From: Candidatus Hadarchaeales archaeon
GTDB taxonomy: Archaea > Hadarchaeota > Hadarchaeia > Hadarchaeales > Hadarchaeaceae
Direction: 5' to 3'
Assembly (NCBI GenBank): GCA_038851565.1
Contig: JAWCKV010000014.1
Coordinates: forward strand, 1-22,138
DNA length: 22,138 nt
Shown here: piece by piece, positions 16,173-22,138 of the stretch
Layout of the letters: every line of letters begins with the position of its first letter
How positions within the stretch are numbered: the stretch's first letter is position 1
The notes under the pieces: model-generated
The model's database searches: none
The model's input: only the letters and a program-made list of their open reading frames with translations
Told to the model about the DNA's origin: nothing
Position numbers and translations under genes: made by a program

Positions 16173-16374
16173 CGCACGAGATGCAGGCGTAGCCCTTAAC
16201 TTCAGGAAGGAATATCCTCCTCCTGTCGATTCCGGGTATGTTCCTTAGCTCTCCCATTCCGTACCTCTTCTTAACTGGGATCGCCTTTATCCTAGGTACC
16301 AGTCGCCCGCAGTATACGCATGAAACTGGCTGGCTCCTGCCTCCGGCCTTATAAAGACCCCACTTCTTGCCCAT
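16150..16374 (-). CDS. rps26e: 30S ribosomal protein S26e (eS26) homologue
   Basis: GRSQPVSCVYCGRLVPRIKAI...[13 protein letters not shown] matches the eS26 pattern (GR...VxCxxCGxxVPxDKAI...YCxSCAxH). GGGGA RBS upstream. Confidence 0.78.
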   Translation of the reverse strand: MGKKWGLYKAGGRSQPVSCVYCGRLVPRIKAIPVKKRYGMGELRNIPGIDRRRIFLPEVKGYACISCAKHRRMI

Positions 16375-16429
16375 CGTCCCCTCTGGTGATTAACCTGCCA
16401 GCCTATAAACGATTTGTGGGCTTCTGGCG

Positions 16430-17020
16430 TCAATACTCCTCGCACTTGACCTGGTAGAAGCTCCTCGGGTGTCCACACGATGGACACACCTCCGGAGGCT
16501 CTGTGCCGTAGTGGACGTACCCGCACTCCCTGCAGACCCACCACACCGGCTTAGGCTTCTTGAAAACTGTGCCCTCCTTGACCTCCTTAAGGAGCTTCCT
16601 GAACCTCTCCTCGTGGTGCTCTTCTGCCTTGGCGATCGCCCTCAGCCTCGCTGCGATCTCAGGAAATCCCTCCTCCTCCGCGGCTTTGGCGAACTCCGGA
16701 TACATCTTCGTGTGCTCGTAGTTCTCTCCGGCTATGGCCGCCTCAAGGTTCTGGGCGGTGTTTCCAAGCACCGTTGGTACCCCCGCATCCACCTTTATCT
16801 CCTCGATTTTCTCGCCGCTCTTGGCCTTCAGCTCGTTTATCAGCTTGAAAAGCCAGCTGGCGTGCTCCCTCTCGTTGTCCGCGGTTATCATGAATATCTC
16901 GCCGATCTGCTCGTATCCCTCCTTCCTAGCGGCCTTCGCGTAGAACGTGTACCTGTTTCTAGCCTGCGACTCGCCTATGAATGCCTTCGCCAGGTTTTCA
17001 ATCGTTTTCTTCGTATCCAT
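16430..17020 (-). CDS. rbr: Rubrerythrin
   Basis: [34 protein letters not shown] and a C-terminal rubredoxin-like CRECGY...CPSCGH. Start at ATG 17020; the ORF-track extension runs into the RNase P RNA. Confidence 0.95.
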   Translation of the reverse strand: MDTKKTIENLAKAFIGESQARNRYTFYAKAARKEGYEQIGEIFMITADNEREHASWLFKLINELKAKSGEKIEEIKVDAGVPTVLGNTAQNLEAAIAGENYEHTKMYPEFAKAAEEEGFPEIAARLRAIAKAEEHHEERFRKLLKEVKEGTVFKKPKPVWWVCRECGYVHYGTEPPEVCPSCGHPRSFYQVKCEEY

Positions 17021-17043
17021 CCCAAGGTCGTTTGGTGCAGCTG

Positions 17044-17060
17044 CATAAAAAGCCTTTTCC
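17044..17060 (-). promoter_or_regulatory. BRE/TATA promoter of rubrerythrin
   Basis: Minus-strand GGAAAAGGC followed by TTTTATG, ending about 24 nt upstream of the ATG, so the mRNA is probably leaderless. Confidence 0.5.
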
Positions 17061-17064
17061 GAGG

Positions 17065-17363
17065 CGCCGGCGTGCTGGCCGTAACCCACCTTCTGTTTTA
17101 GGCGACATTCAGCTGAGCGGGCTACCACCCGCCTCCGGCAGGCGTTCATCGGCGGAAACTTGCCCTTGCATCCCGCGGGTTGGCCGTTTCATCCTCTCCG
17201 GAACAACTTCAGCCTTCCGGCATCATCATGCACGAACCGGGAGGTGTCGTTTCTGTGCCATTGCCCCAACCTCTCGGCTGGGCCCTTGCGGGCTCGCGGG
17301 CCTGCCCGATGGGTGGAGTTTCCTCAGGCTTTCGCCCGACGGTCGCCCACCAGCTCGCCGGCA
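17065..17363 (-). ncRNA. rnpB: RNase P RNA (archaeal, type A)
   Basis: Minus strand carries the P4 motifs GAGGAAACTCCACCC (17325-17311) and AAACAGAAGGTGGGTTAC (17098-17081). P1 is GCCGGCGAGCTGG/CCAGCACGCCGGC. Also present are ACAGAAA and TGAAAC, P8 GCCC-GCAA-GGGC, P9 CCAGCC-GAGA-GGTTGG, and an upstream TATTATTA. Confidence 0.93.
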
Positions 17364-17608
17364 CAGTAAACTATGGTCATGGGATAATAATACGCTTCCT
17401 GCCGGCCCGTATGCCCGCCATCTCCGGCGGCGCTGGCCTTGGTTCCTGAGAAGGGTTCTCCATGGACGCTCTCAGCCCCCGCAGCAGCGTTTGCATCGTT
17501 TGCGAAAGCCCGCGATCCATGGGCAGTTGGACAGTGGACGCGGGCATCGCCCGTTTATGTTCGCGGGGAAAGACTTAAGCCGGTCAATCGAACTCTTAAT
17601 CGGTTTGC

Positions 17609-18355
17609 ATGATCGAACTCGTGTGGATCCTGCTGGCGACCTTTCTGGTGAGCCTCATTTCCTTCGTCGGTGCGACAACGCTCATTCTGTCTGAGAAAAT
17701 GCTCAAACGCCTTCTCCTTGTCCTCGTCGGATTCTCCGCTGGAGCCCTCATCGGAGGCGCCTTCTTCCACCTCCTGCCGGAGACGATTGAGGGAGTTGCC
17801 GGGGGCCAGCTCATGGACGTTTTCACAGTGCTCATCTCTGGATTCGTGATTTTCTTCGTCATGGAAAAGCTCCTCTGGCGCCACTGCCACGAGAGAAAGT
17901 GCCCGATTCACACTTTCGCCTATCTGAACCTGCTCGGCGACGGGGTGCACAACTTCATAGACGGACTGATAATAGCGGCGAGCTTTATTGCCAACTTTCA
18001 GCTTGGGCTGGTCGCAACGCTGGCTGTGGCAGCCCACGAGGTCCCGCAGGAGCTTGGGGACTTCGGCGTCATAGTCTACGGGGGAATAGGGCCGCGCAGG
18101 GCCCTGGCGTTGAACTTCATCACGGCGCTGGCGGCCGTTGCCGGCGGCTTATCCGGGTACTGCTTTAATAATTACCTGAGCGGACTGATGATATTCTTCC
18201 TTCCGTTCGCGGCTGGGGGTTTTCTGTATATAGCGGCCTCCGATCTCGTGCCGGAGCTTCACAAGGAGAGGGAGAGGACCAGGGTTGTCGCATCCTTCTC
18301 CGCCTTCATCCTCGGTATCCTCCTGATGGGGGCAATGAGATATGTTCTCGGCTGA
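17609..18355 (+). CDS. ZIP family divalent metal (Zn/Fe) transporter
   Basis: HLLPE, His/Cys loop WRHCHERKCPIH, GDGVHNFIDG, AHEVPQELGDF and YIAASDLVPEL. Confidence 0.93.
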   Translation: MIELVWILLATFLVSLISFVGATTLILSEKMLKRLLLVLVGFSAGALIGGAFFHLLPETIEGVAGGQLMDVFTVLISGFVIFFVMEKLLWRHCHERKCPIHTFAYLNLLGDGVHNFIDGLIIAASFIANFQLGLVATLAVAAHEVPQELGDFGVIVYGGIGPRRALALNFITALAAVAGGLSGYCFNNYLSGLMIFFLPFAAGGFLYIAASDLVPELHKERERTRVVASFSAFILGILLMGAMRYVLG

Positions 18356-18383
18356 TGAACGGTTAACCAACGGTGATGATGAA

Positions 18384-19409
18384 ATGCAGCGCAAAAAAAG
18401 CTTGATGGCCGCCCTGGCGTGGTCACTCCTGCTCTTCGGCCTGTTCACGATAATCTATCACAGGGTAACCGGCAGCCCTCTCTTTCCGGTTTACGACTAT
18501 GGAGATCTGAAGTCGTATCACCCGGTCTTGATCCCCCTCGTATACGTGGCCAACTACATCAGCAGGGCATGGGGCGCTTTCCTGTTTGCCTTCATGCTCG
18601 GAGGATTCATCGAGGCCTTTGTGCCTCGGGAGAGGATGAGGGGCTACCTCTCGAGCAGGAGCGCGAGGTCCTATGTTCTGGCCGCACTTTTCGCCCCCGT
18701 GCTCGCGGTGTGCTCCTGCAGCATGATACCCATCTTCGGGGGCATACTGATGGCAGGGGCTGGGCTAGGCCCGGCGCTCACATTTCTTCTCATGGCACCG
18801 GCCGGAAACTTCCTCGCCATACTCTTCACCTCGGAGCTCATCTCACCGGTGATCGCGGGCGCCAGGTTCGGCTTCGCGTTTCTGGGGGCAGTGGTGATAG
18901 GCTTCCTCGCATCGAGAACTCCGTGGGGGAAGTCGGTCGAGGAGAGGTTCGCAGGACTCTCTGCCAAGTCAGCAGAAACTGTGAATATGGGATTAAGGGA
19001 CAAGTCCGTAAGCGCTGTGCGGGAGGCATATGTCCTCGTGAGGATGGTGCTTCCATATCTCATCATAGGGGTGGCGGTTGTTAGCTTCATAGATGCATAC
19101 ATGCCAAGAGACATCATCGGCGCGTACTTCACCGGTCCCCTCGGGGTGATCCTCGGCGCTGCGATAGGAGTCCCGCTGTACACTCCGACCCTCGTTGAGG
19201 TTTTCTTCGTTAAAGCACTGATGGGGGCCGGAATGTCGGCCAGCGCCGCCCTCGCCTTTCTTCTAGGCGCTCCGATGTCCTCGGTACCGTCAATGATGGG
19301 AGTTTCCAGGATCATAGGATGGAGGACTGTGCTCACGTATGCCGTGCTGGCCATTCTCTGGGCGATGGCCGCAGGATTCGTGTACATGGTTTTTATAGGA
19401 GGAATGTAA
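18384..19409 (+). CDS. DUF318/ArsP-like permease
   Basis: Multi-TM protein with VCSCSMIP, FLLMAP, GVPLY and ALAFLLGAP motifs. ATG at 18384 follows GGTGA. Confidence 0.85.
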   Translation: MQRKKSLMAALAWSLLLFGLFTIIYHRVTGSPLFPVYDYGDLKSYHPVLIPLVYVANYISRAWGAFLFAFMLGGFIEAFVPRERMRGYLSSRSARSYVLAALFAPVLAVCSCSMIPIFGGILMAGAGLGPALTFLLMAPAGNFLAILFTSELISPVIAGARFGFAFLGAVVIGFLASRTPWGKSVEERFAGLSAKSAETVNMGLRDKSVSAVREAYVLVRMVLPYLIIGVAVVSFIDAYMPRDIIGAYFTGPLGVILGAAIGVPLYTPTLVEVFFVKALMGAGMSASAALAFLLGAPMSSVPSMMGVSRIIGWRTVLTYAVLAILWAMAAGFVYMVFIGGM

Positions 19410-19429
19410 AATGGAGGGGGTGGGAGAAG

Positions 19430-19684
19430 ATGGTTAAGATAGAGGTTTTCGGCAGCGGATGCCTGAAATGCATGAAAACTGAAGAAAACTGCAGAAAGGC
19501 CGTGAGGGAGCTCGGCATAGATGCTGAGGTCACCCACGTGTATGACTTTGTAGAGATGATGAAGAGGGGAATCACGAGCAGCCCCGCGGTGGCGATAGAT
19601 GGAAGGCTCGTGGTGAGCGGAAGGGTGCCGGAGGTTGAGGAGATAAAGAGGTTGCTGGGCGAAAAGAGACGAGCCGACTGGTAG
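19430..19684 (+). CDS. Small redox-active disulfide protein (thioredoxin-like, MTH895 type)
   Basis: MVKIEVFGSGCLKC...GITSSPAVAIDG...SGRVP. GGAGG RBS upstream. This family is a typical partner of DUF318 permeases. Confidence 0.9.
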   Translation: MVKIEVFGSGCLKCMKTEENCRKAVRELGIDAEVTHVYDFVEMMKRGITSSPAVAIDGRLVVSGRVPEVEEIKRLLGEKRRADW

Positions 19685-19914
19685 AGCGGGAACGGTCGAG
19701 TCCCTAATCGCTGCTGTGAATATAAGGATAAACGTATATGCCCGTTCGAAAAAAGCGGGAAGGAGTTCAGCTTCCTCTTCGCACACCACTGAGAACTGAA
19801 AAAACATCAGCTCTGCGGCGATTGCTGGGAGGAGCATCGCGACGTGCTCCGCTCACGGGAAGCCGGAAAGCTGCTGTGGACAAGGAGTCCATTTTTCGGA
19901 AAACAGGTGCCCAT

Positions 19915-19931
19915 AAACAAAAATTTTATTA
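19915..19931 (+). promoter_or_regulatory. BRE/TATA promoter of the por operon
   Basis: AAACAAAAA followed by TTTTATTA, ending 26 nt upstream of ATG 19957. No RBS, so probably leaderless. Confidence 0.55.
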
Positions 19932-19956
19932 GGGCCCCTCCCCCATCTCTAACGTC

Positions 19957-20490
19957 ATGATGGAGATAAGATTTCACGGTCGCGGGGGTCAGGGCGCTGT
20001 CACCGCCGCAAGGCTCCTTGCTCAGGCGGCGTTCTACGAGGGAAAATATTCCCAGTCATTTCCTTTCTTCGGCGCTGAGAGGAGGGGGGCCCCGGTTCTG
20101 GCCTTCGCGCGGATAAACGACCGGCCCATAGGGATAAGGACCCAGATATACGAGCCGGACTGCGTGGTCGTGCTCGATCCATCCCTCCTGAAGTTCGTCA
20201 ACGTGGCGTCCGGAATAAAGAGGGATGGAAAGATAGTGCTCAACGCGAAGGAACCGGTGAAGTTCCCCGGCGCCAGCACATACATAGTCGATGCCACGGG
20301 CGTCGCCATGGAGACGCTGGGCGCGCCGATAACCAACACTGCGATGCTGGGGGCCTTCGCCAGGGCGGCCGGAGCGGTGGGTCTAGAGTCCGTCATCAGG
20401 GCGATCCAGGAGTATTTCCCTTCAAAACTCGTTGAGAAGAACGTTAATGCCGTGAAGGTAGCGTATGAGAGGACGAGGTTGGTGGAATGA
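19957..20490 (+). CDS. porG: Pyruvate/2-oxoacid:ferredoxin oxidoreductase gamma subunit
   Basis: [24 protein letters not shown] and NTAMLGA. Confidence 0.94.
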   Translation: MMEIRFHGRGGQGAVTAARLLAQAAFYEGKYSQSFPFFGAERRGAPVLAFARINDRPIGIRTQIYEPDCVVVLDPSLLKFVNVASGIKRDGKIVLNAKEPVKFPGASTYIVDATGVAMETLGAPITNTAMLGAFARAAGAVGLESVIRAIQEYFPSKLVEKNVNAVKVAYERTRLVE

Positions 20491-20755
20491 GCTCGAAGAG
20501 GATAACTGTCGGGGCGGTCGTGCTGGAGCCCGGGAACACCGTTCGGAACGAGACGGGAAGCTGGAGGAGCATGAGGCCGGTCGTCGATGAGTCCAAGTGC
20601 ACGGGGTGCGGGATCTGCTGGCTCTATTGTCCGGATGCGGCCATAAGCAAGGGGAAGCCGGTGAGAATAGATTACAGGTACTGCAAGGGCTGCGGCATAT
20701 GCGCCAACGAGTGCCCTGCCAAGGCGATAAGGATGGTCATTGAGGAGGAGGGGAA

Positions 20756-20759
<4 letters not shown>
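20487..20759 (+). CDS. porD: Pyruvate/2-oxoacid:ferredoxin oxidoreductase delta subunit (2x[4Fe-4S])
   Basis: [21 protein letters not shown] and [13 protein letters not shown]. Confidence 0.95.

Positions 20760-22138
<1,379 letters not shown>

Noticed and set aside
16981..17694. ORFs 16981..17694, 17160..17369 and 17180..17449, and the rubrerythrin extension to 17149
   Set aside because: They overlap the RNase P RNA and have no protein-like motifs.
18671..19837. Long antisense ORFs (for example 18671..19837, 11926..12927, 10918..11760)
   Set aside because: They are shadows of well-supported genes on the opposite strand, as expected in GC-rich DNA.
19682..19959. Selenocysteine or pyrrolysine read-through from the thioredoxin gene into the downstream frame (TAG, then TGA)
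   Set aside because: It would need two different recoding events, the thioredoxin is already full length, and I see no canonical archaeal SECIS.

Overview
A GC-rich archaeal chromosomal window, mostly core genes. It holds egsA (partial), psmB and aCPSF1/FttA, ZPR1, sepF, a PUA protein, lsm and rpl37e, tRNA-Ala(GGC), tRNA-Val(GAC), two membrane proteins, a DAP-type lysine cluster (class III aminotransferase, lysA, lysC, dapA, dapB, asd), nnrD, rpl40e, GGGP synthase, an eS26 homologue, rubrerythrin, a type A RNase P RNA, a ZIP/DUF318 permease/small thioredoxin cluster and a porGDAB operon (partial). The main finding is not in the ORF track. Positions 6597-6784 encode an initiator tRNA-Met(CAT) split into five exons by four introns (10/11, 37/38, 45/46, 59/60), each with a strict or relaxed bulge-helix-bulge (BHB) motif. 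The nearby tRNA-Ala also has a non-canonical D-loop intron. Other leads are a DAP cluster in which a class III aminotransferase sits where dapL/dapF/ddh would be expected, an eS26 gene in a euryarchaeal-like gene context, and an unannotated 43-aa CxxC/CxxH microprotein. All calls come from reading the sequence by eye. No database searches or folding programs were run, and the taxonomy (euryarchaeal-like, possibly Hadarchaeota-like) is a guess.
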